NCBI RefSeq assembly: GCF_009914755.1
Contig: NC_060933.1
Length of the DNA: 64,000 nucleotides
DNA from: the human T2T-CHM13v2.0 reference genome, Homo sapiens
Reading direction: 5' to 3' (one strand)
Below the pieces are notes generated by a model. It was not told the DNA's origin. It made no database searches and saw nothing but the letters and a program-made list of their open reading frames with translations. Each line of letters opens with the position of its first letter. Within the stretch, counting starts at the first letter, position 1. The position numbers and the translations under genes were made by a program. Shown in pieces: positions 41,282 to 59,029 of the stretch.

Positions 41282-41659
41282 AAAACTATTGAGAAAATGA
41301 AAAAGATCAGTGGTTGCCAGGAGTTAGAGGGGAGCGAGGGATGAATCTGCAGAACACAGGATTTTTAGAGCAGTGAGTCTATTTTATATGATACTAATAA
41401 TAGTGAATACATGTCACTATACATTTGTAAAACCCATAGAATGTTCAACACCAATAGCCGTAATGTAAACTGTGGATTTTGGGTGATAGTGATGTGTCAG
41501 CATAGGTTCATTTTTGTTGCAATAAATGTACCACTTTGTAGGAGGGTATTGATATGAAAGAGGGTTTATGTGTATAGGGGCAGAGCATGTATGGGAACTC
41601 TCTGTACTTCATGCTCAACTTTTCTGTGAACCTAAAATTGCTCTAAAAATAGTCTATTT
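41282..41659 (+). mobile_element. L1MC1/2-like 3' end with TSD
   Basis: AAAGATCAGTGGTTGCCAGG...GGGAACTCTCTGTACTT...TGTGAACCTAAAATTGCTCTAAAAA; TSD AAAAAGTAA(T/A)TATA at 41268-41281 and 41660-41673. Confidence 0.8.
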
Positions 41660-42383
41660 AAAAAGTAAATATACCATAAAATCTATCTGTGGACATCCTA
41701 TAATTTTTTTTATTTTAACTCACTTTGTTGACTATAAATACATGCCATTAATTATACAAGATAATAAATTATACCTTATTTATAAAGTAAGAAATAACAT
41801 ATGTATTCTTTACTATAGTTTGGCACTGATGTCTTCACTTGGTCTATTTGTTAAACATTAATGTGTCCTGTAAGGTACGTTCAAGGAAGAGTGGAAGGCT
41901 TTTGCAATGTAGAGGGGCTGAAAGTGGCATCATTACTCATTTATTTACTTTTGTGTTTCAACATGAAAATATGTATGTAACTGTTAAGTGAATCTATATA
42001 TTAAATTATTTTACATAGTACAGTCTTTATAATAGTTTATAATGAGATGAGAGACTTTAAAATCTTCTCTGTAAAGTTCACTGTTGTGACAACATGCTTC
42101 AAAGTACTCTTGAACTTGTGTAAGAATTATGCAATTTTCTTTCAAAAAAGATGAGGGTTACAAATCTGTAGAACTTTTCTTTGATGGCAAGTGGCTAACA
42201 GAAACATTCTAGCTAGAAGATATTAAACACATACTCTGTCACTTCAAGGTAAAGTGACATTTGTAAAAAAATAAAAACTAACTGCTCTGAGTTTTGCAGA
42301 GAAAACATTGTAAAATAGTTGTTTGGAAATATTTCCAGAATTATGGACTTTTTTTCTCAAAATGATACAAAGCTATAAAATTC

Positions 42384-42426
<43 letters not shown>
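42384..42426 (+). repeat. (TA)n(CA)n microsatellite
   Basis: Read directly. Confidence 0.92.
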
Positions 42427-43697
42427 TAAAAATTTCAGAAATGTAATTTTCTAGCCACAGTGTCTTTTGAACTTTTGTTACGAATGTAGAAAGTATTTAA
42501 TATAAAATGTTTTTGTTAAAGAATAATTGATTAATTCAGGGAAGTTGGAAATTTTCTAGGCAAAATTTAAATTACAACTTTTGTTTGATTGATAGGTAGT
42601 ATTGAAAGATGAATTCCCTGATTTAGTAAACACAACTGTATTAGGCCATTCTTGCATTGCTATAAAGAAATAACTGAGGTGGAGCCAAGATGGCTGAATA
42701 GGAACAGCTCTAGTCTACACTCCCAGCATGAGCAATGCAGAAGATAGGTGATTTCTGCATTTCCAAGTGAGGTACCGGGTTCATCTCACTGGCGAGTGTC
42801 GGAAAGTGGGTGCAGGACAGTGGGTGCAGCGCACCGAGCATGAGCTGAAGCAGGGCAAGGCATCACCTCACCTGGGAAGCACAAGGGGTCAGGGAATTCC
42901 CTTTCCTAGTCAAAGAAAGGGGTGACGGACGGCACCTGGAAAATTGGGTCACTCCCACCCTAATACTGCACTTTTCCAACAGTCTTAGCAAATGGCACAC
43001 CAGGAGATTATATCCTGTGCCTGGCTCAGAGGGTCCTACACCCACGGAGCCTCACTCATTGCAAGCACAGCAGTCTGAGATCAAACTGCAAGGCGGCAGC
43101 GAGCTGGGGGAGGGGCGCTCGCCATTGCCTAGGCTAGAGTAGGTAAACAAAGCAGCCGGGAAGCTCGAACTGGGTGGAGCCCACCGCAGCTCAAGGAAGC
43201 CTGCCTGCCTCTGTAGACTCCACCTCTGGGGGTTGAGCATTGCCAAACAAAAGGCAGCAGAATCCTCTGCAGACTTAAATGTCCCTGTCTGACAGCTTTG
43301 AAGAGAGTAGTGCTTCTCCCAGCACGGAGTTTGAGATCTGAGAACGGACAGACTGCCTCCTCAAGTGGGTCCCTGACCCCCGAGTAGCCTAACTGGGAGG
43401 CACCCCCCTAGTAGGGGCAGACTGACACCTCACACGGCCGGGTACTCCTCTGAGACAAAACTTCCAGAGGAACGATCAGGCGGCAACCTTTGCTGTTCAC
43501 CAATATCCGCTGTTCTGCAGCCTCCACTGCTGATACCCAGGCAAACAGGATCTGGAGTAGACCTCCAGCAAACTCCAACAGACCTTCAGCTGAGGGTCCT
43601 GACTGTTAGAAGGAAAACTAACAGAAAGGACATCCACACCAAAACCCCATCTGTACGTCACCATCATCAAAGACCAAAGGTAGATAAAACCACAAAG

Positions 43698-44708
43698 ATG
43701 GCGAAAAACAGAGCAGAAAAACTGGAAACTCTAAAAATCAGAGTGCCTCTCCTCCTCCAAAGGAACTCGGCTCCTCACCAGCAACGGAAGAAAGCTGGAT
43801 GGAGAATGACTTTGACAAGTTGAGAGAAGAAGGCTTCAGACGATCAAACTACTCCGAGCTAAAGGAGGAAGTTCGAACCCATGGCAAAGAAGTTAAAAAC
43901 CTTGACAAAAGATTAGACGAATGCTAACTAGAATAACCAATGCAGAGGAGTCCTTAATGGACCTTATGGAGCTGAAAACCATGGCACGAGAGGTACGTGA
44001 CGAATGCATAAGCCTCAGTAGCCGATTTGATCAACTGGAAGAAAGGGTATCAGTGATGGAAGATCAAATGAATGAAATGAAGTGAGAAGAGAAGTTTAGA
44101 GAAAACAGAATGAAAAGAAACAAACAAAGCCTCCAAGAAATATGGGACTATGTGAAAAGACCAAATCTACATCTGATTGGTGTACCTGAAAGTGACGGGC
44201 AGAATGGAACCAAGTTGGAAAACACTCTTCAGGATATTATACAGGAGAACCTCCCCAATCTAGCAAGACAGGCCAACATTCAAATTCAGGAAATATAGAG
44301 AATGCCACAAAGATACTCCTCGAGAAGAGCAACTCCAAGACACATAATTGTCAGATTCACCAAAGTTGAAATGAAGGAAAAAATGTTAAGGGCAGCCAGA
44401 GAGAAAGGTCGGGTTGCCCACAAAGGTAAGCCCATCAGACTAACAGTGGATCTCTCGGCAGAAACTCTACAAGCCAGAAGACAGTGGGGGCTAATATTCA
44501 ACATTCTTAAAAGAATTTTCAACCCAGAATTTCTTATCCAGCCAAACTAAGCTTCATAAGTGAAGGAGAAATAAAATCCTTTACAGACAAGCAAATGCTG
44601 AGAGATTTTGTCACCACCAGGCCTGCCCTAAAAGAGCTCCTGAAGGAAGCACTAAACATGGAAAGGGACAACCGGTACCAGCCACTGCAAAAACATGCCA
44701 AATTGTAA
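43698..44708 (+). pseudogene. Disrupted L1 ORF1
   Basis: Fragments KRNKQSLQEIWDYVKRPNL and PQRYSSRRATPRHIIVRF broken by stops and frameshifts. Confidence 0.9.
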
Positions 44709-44770
44709 AGACCATCGAGGCTAGGAAAAACTGCATCAACTAACGAGCAAAATAACCAGCTAACATCATA

Positions 44771-48577
<3,807 letters not shown>

Positions 48578-49947
48578 ACAATGAGAACACATGGACACAG
48601 GAAGGGGAACATCACACACTGGGGCCTGTTGTCGGGTGGGGGGAGGTGGGAGGGATAGCATTTGGAGATATACCTAATGTTAAATGATTAGTTACTGGGT
48701 GCAGCACACCTACATGGCACATGTATACATATGAACTAACCTGCACGTTGTGCACCTGTACCCTAAAAGTTAAAGTATAAAAAAAAAGAGAAATATCTGA
48801 GACTGGATAATTTATAAAGAAAAGAAATTTAATTGACTGATGGTTCTGTAGGCTTCTAGGGAAGCTTCAGGAAGCTTAAGATTCTGGCAGAAGGTGAATG
48901 GGGAGCAGGCACGTCAGTAGGCAAAAGTAGGAGCAAGTGATGTGTTGGGGAGAGGGAGGTGCCACATGGTTTTAAAGCACCAAGCCATGAGGGATCTCCG
49001 CTCATGATCCAAATACCTCCCACCAGGTCCCGCTTCCAGCACTGGGGATTACAATTCAACATGAGACTTGGGTGGGGACATACATGCAAACTATATCAAC
49101 AACCAACTGTGCACTTCTTCCATTTGCATTACCTGTTTAACCATGTATCATGGGTGATGGGCATGGGGAATCAGAAGTACGACTCCAATTGAGTATATCA
49201 CAGAGTTATACAAGTCTTTAAAAATAATAAAGCTTATCCAATCATATTTCTTTCACTATGTAACAACTTTTTGTTGAGAGTAAATGTTTTAGGGCTATTA
49301 ATAAAGCAAGGCTAAGGCCTTCTACCCCGTCTCCTACCTGTTTATGCTGAGCTTCAAGCCTAACTGTAGTTGGTGTTACCATTGTAGAAGTATTCTCTTA
49401 TTTTAAATAGGGTTTCTCTAAAATTTTGTTTGTGATCCTTTCTACTTTCTATTCCTTATTGCTTAATCAGGATTCTTCTCAGCTGATAGCATTTTTAGCA
49501 GCTTTTATGCATTCATGTACATGTGTGTACACCCACACACACACACGTGCACATAATTCCACTGGCAAAGCGAGGAGGTGGTTGGCAGTCTGACATCCTG
49601 ATATAGTCCTTCTTACACAACTTTTTACTGGAATGGAATGTCCTGGCGAAACAAGTATTTGTGGGCAGGACCAGAAACCAAACATCAAACTAGAGTACAA
49701 TTCCACATCTTTGATGGGGATTTTATTGGAGTCACAGTTGCTGTTTGCGTGCTATTAGTAATAGGCCGTCTGTATCTCATTCCCTCCTATATCCTTAAAA
49801 TTTGTAAAATATTATTAAAATATTGGAATGAAAGTAAGTCTAATAAATGAGCAACCATATCAGAGTAACTTTTTGATAATGAAGAAAATAATGAAATTTC
49901 CTTTAATTCCTGGTGCCAATGAAGACACATTTTTTTCTAATGGTGGT

Positions 49948-52900
49948 CTTTTTATTTTTATTTTTACATATTTAGGAGGTACAAATGCAGATTTCTTACT
50001 TGCATATATTGCATAGTGGTGAAGTCTGCTCTTTTAGTATATCCATTATGTGAGTAGTGAACATCATATCCTGACCACCCTCTCACCTTTTGTAATCTCC
50101 AATATCTGTTATTCCACTCTGTACTTCCATGTGTAGCCATTGTTTAGCTCCCACTTATAAGTGAGAACATGCAGTATTTGACTTTCTGTCTCTGAGTTAT
50201 TTCACTTATAATGGCCTTAATTATATCCATGTGGCTGCATAAGACATGAGTTTACTTTTTTTAATGCCTGTGTTGTATTCCATGGTATACATGTGCACAC
50301 ACACACACACACACACACCATATTTTCTTTATCCAATCATCTGTTGACGGACAGTTAGGTTGACTTCATATCTTTGTTATTATGGATAGTGCTACAACAG
50401 ACATATGAATGCATCTGTTTTTTTGTTATAACAATAGGGTATAATTTCCCCAGTGTATATTTTTATTGACTTTGTCAAAGATCAGTTGGCTGTAGGTATG
50501 TGGCTTTATTCCTCGCTTCTCCATTCTGTTCCATTGATCTATATGTCTGTTTTGTGCTAGTACCATGCTATTTTGCTTACGATAGCCTTGTAGTATAATT
50601 TGAAGTTAGGTTATGTGATGTCTCTAGCTTTGTTCTTTTTGCTTAGGATTGCTTTGGCTATTAGGGCTCTTTTTTTAATATACTTTAAGTTCTGGGATAC
50701 ATGTGCAGAATGTGCAGGTTTGTTACATAGGTATACCTGTGCCATGTTGGTTTGCTACACCCATCAACTCATCACCTACATTAGGTATTTCTCCTAATGC
50801 TATCCCTCCCCTAGCCCCCCACCCCACAACAGGCCCCGGTGTGTGATGTTCCCCTCCCTGTGCCCATATGTTCTCATTATTCAACTCCCACTTATGAGTG
50901 AGAAAGTGGGGTGTTTGGTTTTCTGTCCTTGTGATAGTTTGTTGAGAATGATGGTTTCCAGCTTCATCCATGTCCCTGCAGAGGACATGAAATCATTCTT
51001 TTTTATGGCTGCATAGTATTCCATGGTGTATATGTGCCACATTTTCTTTATCCAGTCTTCATTGATGGACATTTGGGTTGGTTCCGAGTCTTTGCTATTG
51101 TGAACAGTGCTGCAGTAAACATATGTGTGCGTGTGTCTTTATAGTAGCATGATTTATAATCCTTTGGGTATATACCCAGTAATGGGATTGCTGGGTCAAA
51201 TGGTATTTCTAGTTCTAGATCCTTGAGGAATCACCAGACTGTCTTCCACAATGGTTAAACTAATTTACACCCCCACCAATGGTGTAAAAGTGTTCCTATT
51301 TCTTCACATCCTCTCCAGCATGTGTTGTTTCCTGACTTTTTAATGACAGCCATTCCAACTGGCGTGAGATGTTATCTCATTGTGGTTTTGATTTGCCTTT
51401 CTCTAATGACCAGTGATGATGAGCTTTTTTTCATATGTTTGTTGGCCATATAAATGTCTTCTTATGAAAAGTGTCTGCTCATATCCTTTGCTGACTTTTT
51501 GATGGGGTTGTTTGTTTCTTTCTTGTAAATTTGTTTAAGTCCCTTGTAGATTCTGGATATTAGCCCTTTGTCAGATGGATAGATTGCAGTAATTTTCTCC
51601 TATTCTGTAGGTTGCCTGTTCACTCTGATGATAGTTTCTTTTGGTGTGCAGAAGCTCTTTAGTTTAATTAGACCCCATTTGTCAATTCTGGCTTTTGTTG
51701 CCATTGCTTTTGGTGTTTTAGTCATGAAGTCTTTGCCCATGCCTATGTCCTGAATGGTATTGCCTAGGTTCTCTTGTTGGATTTTTATGGTTTTAGGTCT
51801 TACATTTAAATCTTTAATCCACCTTGAGTTAATTTTTGTATAAGGTGTAAGGAAGGGGGTCCAGTTTCAGTTTTCTGCATATGGCTAGCCAGTTTTCCCA
51901 ACACCATTTATTAAATAGGGAATCCTTTCCCCATTTCTTGTTTTTGTCAGGTTTGTCAAAGATCAGATGGTTGTAGATGTGTGGTGTTACTTCTGAGGCC
52001 TCTGTTCTGTTGCATTGGTCTACATACCTGTTTTGGTACCAGTACCATGCCGTTTTGGTTACTGTAGCCTTGTGGTATAGTTTGAAGTCAGGTCGTGTGA
52101 TCCCTCCAGCTTTGTTCTTTTTGCTTCAGATTGTCTTGGCTGTACAGGCTCTCTTTTTGTTCCATATGAAATTTAAAGTAGTGTTTTTCTAACTCTGTGA
52201 AGGAAGCCAATGGTGGCTTGATGGCAATAGCATTGAATGTATAAATTACTTTGGGCAGTATAGCCATTTTCATGGTATTGATTCTTCCTATTCATGAGCA
52301 TGGAATGTTTTTCCATCTGTTTGTGTCCTTTCTTATTTCCTTGAGCGGTGGTTTGTAGTTCTCCTTGAAGAGGTCCTTCACATCCTTGTACCTTATATTC
52401 TTAGGTATTTTATTCTCTTTGTAGCAGTTGTGAATGGGAGTTTGCTCATTATTTGGCTCTCTGTTTGTCTATTATTGGTGTATAGGAATTCTTGTGATTT
52501 TTGCACATTGTTTTTGTATCCAGAGACTTTGCTAAAGTTGCTTATCAGCTTAAGGAGTTTTGGGACTGAGACGATGGGGTTTTTTTAATATACAGTCATG
52601 TCATCTGCAAACAGAGGTAATTGACTTCTTCTCTTCCTATTTGAATACCCTTTATTTCTTTCTCTTGCCTGATTGCCTTGGCCAGAATTTCCAATAAATA
52701 GGAGGGGTGAGAGGGCATCCTTGTCTTGTGCTAGTTTTCAAAGGGAATGCTTCCGGTTTTTGCCCATTCAGTATGATATTGGCTGTGCGTTTGTCATAAA
52801 TAGCTCTTATTATTTTGAGATATGTTCCATCAGTACCTAGTTTATTGAGTGTTTTTAGCATGAAAGGGTGTTTAATTTTATTGAAGGCCTTTTCTGCATC

Positions 52901-55900
52901 TATTGAGATAATCATGTGGTTTTTGTCATTGGTTTTGTTTATGTGATGGATTACATTTATTGATTTGCATATGATGAACCAGCCTTGCATCCCAAGGATG
53001 AAGCCAACTGGATCATGGTGGATAAGCTTTTTGATGTGCTGCTGGATTCGGTTTGCCAGTATTTTATTGAGGATTTTCACGTTGATATTCATCAGGGATA
53101 TTGGCCTGAAATTTTCTTTTTTTGTTGTGTCTCTGCCAGGTTTTGCTATCAGGATGTTGCTGGCCTCATAAAATGAGTTAGGGAGGAGTTCCTCTTTTTC
53201 TCTTGTTTGGAATAGTTTCAGAAGGAATGGTCCAGCTCCTTTTTGTACTTCTGATAGAATTCCACTGTGAATCCGTTTGGTCCTGGGCTTTTTTGGTTGG
53301 TAATTACTGCCTCAATTTCAGAACTTGTTATTGGTCTATTCAGGGATTCGACTTCTTCCTGGTTTAGTCTTGGGTGGGTATATGTGTCCAGGAATTTATC
53401 CATGTCATCTAGATCTTCTAGTTTATTTGCATAGGGGTATTTATAGTATTCTCTGATGGTAGTTTGTATTTCTGTGGGAGCAGTGGTGATCTCCCCTTTA
53501 TGATTTGTTATTGTGTCTATTTGATTCTTGTCTCTTTTCTTCTTTATTTGTTTGGCTGGCAGTGTATATATTTTGTTAATCTTTACAAAAAAACAGCTCC
53601 TGGATTCATTGAGTTTTTGAAGAGTTTTTTGTGTCTCTATCTCCTTCAGTTCTGCCGTGATTTTACTTATTTCTTGTCTTAGCTTCCTTGTGTTGGGTTA
53701 GAACATGCTCCTTTAGCTCAGAGGAGTTTGTTATTACCTACCTTCTGAAGCCCAATTCTGTCCATTTGTCAAACTCATTTTCCATCCAGTTTTGTTTCCT
53801 TGCTGGCGAGGAGTTGTGATCATTTGGAGAAGAGGGATTCTGGTTTTTGGAATTTTCAGCCTTTTTGAGCTGGTTTTTCCTCATCTTAGTGGATTTGTCT
53901 ACCTTTTGTTTTTGCTGTCGGTGACCTTCGGATGGAGTTTTTGCATGCTTGTTCTTTTTGTTGATTTCGATACTGTTGCTTTCTGTTTGTTAGTTTTCCT
54001 TCTAACAGTCAGGTCCCTCTTCTGCAGGTCTCCTGGAGTTTGCTGGGATTCCACTCCAGACCCTGTTTGCCTAGGTATCACCAACAGAGGCTGCAGAACA
54101 GCAAAGATTGCTGCCTGCTCCTTCCTCTGGAAGCTTCGTCCCAGAGGGACACCTGCCAGATACCAGCCGGAGCTCTTGTATATGAGGCGTCTGTCAACCC
54201 CTGCTGGGAGTTGTCTCCCTGTCAGGATGCATGGGGGTCAGGGACCCCCTTGAGGAGGCAGTCTGTCCCTTAGCAGAGCTCGAGTGCTGTGCTGGGAGAT
54301 CTGCTGCTCTCTTCAGAGCTGACAGGCAGGAACGTTTAAGTCTGCTGAAGCTGTGCCCACAGCTGCCCCCCTTCCCCCAGGTACTCTGTCCCAGGGAGAT
54401 GGGAGTTTTATCTATAAGCCCCTCACTGGGGCTGCTGCCTTTCTTTCAGAGATGCCCTGCCCAGAGAGGAGGAGTCAAGAGAGGCAGTCTGGCTACAGTG
54501 GCTTTGCTGAACTGCAGTGGGCTCTGTCCAGTCAGAACTTCCTGGAGGCTTTGTTTAAACTGTGAGGGGAAAACCGCCTTCTCAAGCCTCCGTAATGGTG
54601 GACATGTCTCCCCACACCAAGCTTGAGCATCCCAGGTTGACTTCAGACTGCTGTGCTGGCAGCGAGAATTTCAAGCCAGTGGATCTTAGCTTGCTGGGTT
54701 CCATGGGGGCGGTCTCTTCTGAGAAAGACCACTTGGCTCCCTGGCTTCAGGCCCCTTTCCAGGGGAGTGAACAGTTCTGTCTTGCTGGTGTTCCAGGTGA
54801 CAATGGGGTATGAAAAAAAACTCCTGCAGATAGCTTGATGTCTGCTCAAATGGCCACCCAGTTTTGTGCTTGAAACTCAGGGCCCTTGTGATGTAGGTAC
54901 CCAAGGGAATCTCCTGGTCTCGGTTGTGAAGACTGTGGGAAAAGCGTAGTATCTGTGCCGGATAGCACCATCCCTCACGTCAGGGTCCCTCATGGCTTCC
55001 CTTGGTTTGGAGAGGGAGTTCCCTGACCCCTTGTGCTTCCCGGGTGAGGTGATGCCCCACTCTGCTTCTGCTCACCCTCTGTGGGCTGTACCCACTGTCT
55101 AACCGGCCCCAGTGAGTTGAACCGGGTACCTCAGTTGGAAATGCAGAAGTAACCCACCTTCTGCATTGGTCTTGCTGGGAGCTGCAGACTGGAGCTGTTC
55201 CTATTCAGACATCTTGCCCAGGAATCCTCTATTTTTGTTTTATATGAATTTTAGGATTGTTTTTTCTAACTCTTTGAAAAATGACATTGGTAATTTGATA
55301 GAGATTGCATTGGATCTATAGATTGCTTTGGGCAATATGGTCATTTTAATGATATTAATCCTTCCAATTCATGATCATTGGATATTTTTCCAATTGTTTG
55401 TGTTATCTACAATTTCTTTCATCAGTGTTTTGTAGTTCTACTTATAGATCTTTCCATCTTTGGTTAAATATATTCCTAGTGTTTTTTTTTTATAGCTATT
55501 GTGAATTGGATAGCTTTCTTGATTTTGTCCTCAGGTAGATTATTATGGGTGTATGGAAATGCTGCTGATTTGTGTACATTAATTTTGCATCCTGAAACTT
55601 TACTGAATTTATCAAATCTAAGTGTTTTTTGGTGGGTTCTTTAGGATTTTCTGGATAGAAGAATATATCATCAGCGAGCAGGGATAATTTGACTTCCTGT
55701 TTGCCAATTAAGATACCTGTTATTTTTTTCCTCTTGCCTGATTGCTTTGTCAAGGACTTCAGTACTGTGTGGAATAAAAGTGGCAAAAAGTGGACGTCCT
55801 TTTCTTGTTCCAGTTCTTAGAATGCTTTCAACTTTTCTTCATTAAGTATAATGTTGGCTGTTGGTTTGTCATATAGGCCCTTTACTATGTTGAGGCCTCT

Positions 55901-56149
55901 CCCTTCTCTGCCTAGTTCTTTGAGGATTTTTATCATGATGGTATACTGAATTTTACCAAATGCCTTCTCTGCATCTATTGAGATGATCTTATGGTTTTTG
56001 TCCTTAATTCTGTTTATGTGATATATCATGTTTGTTGATTTACATATATTGAACCATCCTTGCATTCCTGCAGTAAATCTCACCTGGTTATAGTGTATTA
56101 TCTTTTTGATGTGCTGTTGGATTCTATTTGCTAGTATTTTGTTGAGCAT
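49948..56149 (-). mobile_element. Older L1PB/L1MA-type element (pieces 49948-50676 and 55227-56149), interrupted by an L1PA7-like insertion
   Basis: Antisense 3'UTR at 49948. ORF2 sequence breaks at GCTATTAGGGCTCTTTTT and resumes at CTCTATTTTTGTTTTATATGAATTTTAGG. Minus ORFs 55496..55786 and 55817..56155 are RT-like. Confidence 0.8.
50677..55226 (-). mobile_element. L1PA7-like LINE-1 with both termini and a ~1.9-kb internal deletion
   Basis: 3'UTR at 50677; 5' end GGAGCTGTTCCTATTCAGACATCTTGCCCAGGAATCC; approximate TSD CTCT(T/A)TTTTT at 50667-50676 and 55227-55236; ORF2-to-ORF1 jump at 53677-53680. Confidence 0.88.
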
Positions 56150-56339
56150 AACCATGTTATCATTGTGAGATCTTCTTCCTTAGGAATGACATAATAAATA
56201 GTAACTTTTATTATCAAAGAGAAATAAATATTTAAATATTTTATATTTAAAATATTCACATTATGTCTAATAATTTACACCTCTCAGAAATATTGAATCT
56301 TTCTTTTATGAGCTTAAATAGTAATTTTCCTATTTGATA

Positions 56340-56470
56340 TCATTATTACAGGTAACATTTACCTGAGCCTTTATTATATGCCAGGTAGTTTAAGCTCATT
56401 TCATGTATTAATACTCATTTAATTTCTATAAAATGTTATAAGGTATGAATTTTTATCCTGATTTTGTGAG
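56340..56470 (-). mobile_element. MIR fragment
   Basis: AACATTTACCTGAGCCTTTATTATATGCCAGG...CTCATTTAATTTCT. Confidence 0.6.
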
Positions 56471-58149
56471 AATGTATTACATTTCACATATTTAGTATAT
56501 TTGGCATATGTGTTTTACACAATATATTTACTTTGCGTAAGATATAGAAATGAAGTATGTATATAATTATATGAATTAAAGTCGAAGTGATAGAGTTTTT
56601 TGCTTTCCAATTACTCAAAAATGTAGATAAAATATTTGATATTTTGGCATGTAGGCTTTATGATATTTTTCACTATTTTCTTCTTCTCTTAATATCAGTC
56701 CCCCAACTATCCCATTGTTCCTGATGTTCAAATTTGAAGTCAGTCTAAACTACTTAATAATATGTACATAACAAATTATATAAATGGTCTTCTAGTCTTC
56801 AAGTGACATGCAACTGTTTGTATCTTATAACTTTTTATATTCTAATGCACGTACACTTTTAAAAAATGGATAGATGTGGAATTTTATGTTTGAATTCCCT
56901 CGTCTTATTACTGTCAATTATAAACACTATAGATTATCCCTTAAACAAAGGCTATTCTTGTTCAGAAAGTGTCTTTTGTTCTTCATATACTAACCGAGAC
57001 TCACTGAGATACAGATCTCACTGCATGGTATAGTCAAAATAAGCCCCTGGGGCCAAGGATGACAACAGGATAAGTTCTCAAATCCTGGACTTGCTGTATA
57101 TAATATCATGCTGTTTTGTCATTGTTTCCTAATGTAAAATAATGTGATCTTTTAATAAGGGAACAGGATATGTCGTAGAGGGTTAGACAGTCAGACTGTC
57201 ATTTCCATTTCTTCTGCCAACTTGACACCTTTCTTTTGTATTAAGGAGTTGAATTTTTCATTGGTATGCTTTACTGTATAGTTTGAATCACTTATTAATA
57301 CTGGAAGTTAACATTCTTTATTCTTCAAAGGATATGTGGCTTCTTTGAATAATTGCCATTTCAGTGATACTCCTCATACCTTCCAGTTTTGAAGGAGACT
57401 TTTGTTTAGAAGATCATAGTATATTTTATACATATTAGTAACATGAAACCTGCTTTCTGTATTGATCATTGTACCTTGCTGCTCTGAAAAAGTATCATAT
57501 GCACTATTATACAAATTTTATTTTGTCTCTCAAAATACTACTTTAAGAGAGTTGGAATGTTTAAGATTTGAAATCCTAAGAAAAATTGGATTATTCTTTT
57601 TAGTGTTATAAAGAAGTAGTATGTGGTTTATATTAATATTTCGCTGAATATTAGAATTTAGTTATTAAAAGTAGATCAAGGAAGAGTTATCCACTATATA
57701 AAATTTCTGACATTACTTCTCAAAAAATTTATTTTTAAAGGGAGATTTGAAGGAATATCATTTATATTATTTATTCCTTTTAGAATGTCATAAAGATGAA
57801 ATTCATAAAATGTGTTTCTCCAAGGTTAGAAAATGGGATAACTTTTAAAATGTAGAACTTTTAATCCTAAAATATTAAAGGTCAATTCTCTTGTGACTTA
57901 CAGTGAAATAATAATCCAGGAGCCTATTACTGATGGAAGGGAACTTTCTTACCATTCAATAAGCATTTATGCATGTTTCAGCCTTTTATACATTTTAGGT
58001 CCTTAGACAATATAAGTATATATCTAAGAACCACATATTTCAGATTGTCTCATTTAGATTTTAGTGGAGAATTTAAAAATAGAACAATAGTAATAATACT
58101 ACAATGAAATTCAATAGTTTACCATTTTTAGAGTGCTTTCTTATATTAA

Positions 58150-58590
58150 ATGCAACATAGGTGAAGGGTTAAGAGAGTGAGTTTGCTTGAGAAATACTTG
58201 GATTTGTATCCTGACCATTGTACAACTAATTGTAAACTTGGACTAGTTATTTAATCCCTCCAAGCTCCTGTGTTTTGCTCTGAAAAACTAGATTAAAAAA
58301 AGTATCTACTCCATATGGTTACTGTAAAGATAAATGAAATTAAGCATGTAATATGCTACATGGTCCCTGCACTTCAGTAAATCCCTAGTAAACATTAGCT
58401 ATTTTAATTTTCTGAGCCTTACAACAGTTTTGGAAGTAGACAAGAAAACGACTCTTTTTCCCATTTTATAGAGGGAGGAGATGGAGGCTCAGAGGGATTA
58501 TGTGGCATTTCCCAACAACATAGAGTTGAATCAAAGTAAGACTCAGAAAAAAAAAAAAAACCAGGACTTGTGATTTCTGGTCTACTATCT
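58150..58590. mobile_element. Two adjacent MIRs (plus ~58150-58405, minus ~58410-58590)
   Basis: GGTTAAGAGAGTGAG...AGTTATTTAATCCCTCCAAGC, then CCCCATTTTATAGAGGGAGGAGATGGAGGCTCAGAGGG. Confidence 0.7.
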
Positions 58591-59029
58591 CAATGGAGAA
58601 GATACATGAATTTATAAGAATTGAGAGAGACTTGACATAGGAAAAAACAGATGTAATTCAAGTTTCTGATTTTCACATACTTTTGAGATGCAGAGATATA
58701 GTTTGTATTAGTATTAGCTATAAACTTGCCTTGAAATGATTCAAAGGAAGATAGGTTAGGATATGTCAGATATTCCCAGGTAAGAAGTCATATAATGCTT
58801 ATGTAGTGTTGGTTAATAAATTAACTTTTGTGTACTTCACCCTTTTATGCCTAGCCTATAGTTATGCTTCTGCTTTTTTTCAACTTGAACAGGGTATTAT
58901 TAATAATTTATTCATTAGATTAGGTGTTAAGATTATACTTTCCCAAACATCATCACCCTTTCGTAGAAGGCATTTTATAACAATATATGGTTTCAACTTA
59001 TGGTTTTTATCTTTTCTAATTTTTCATCC

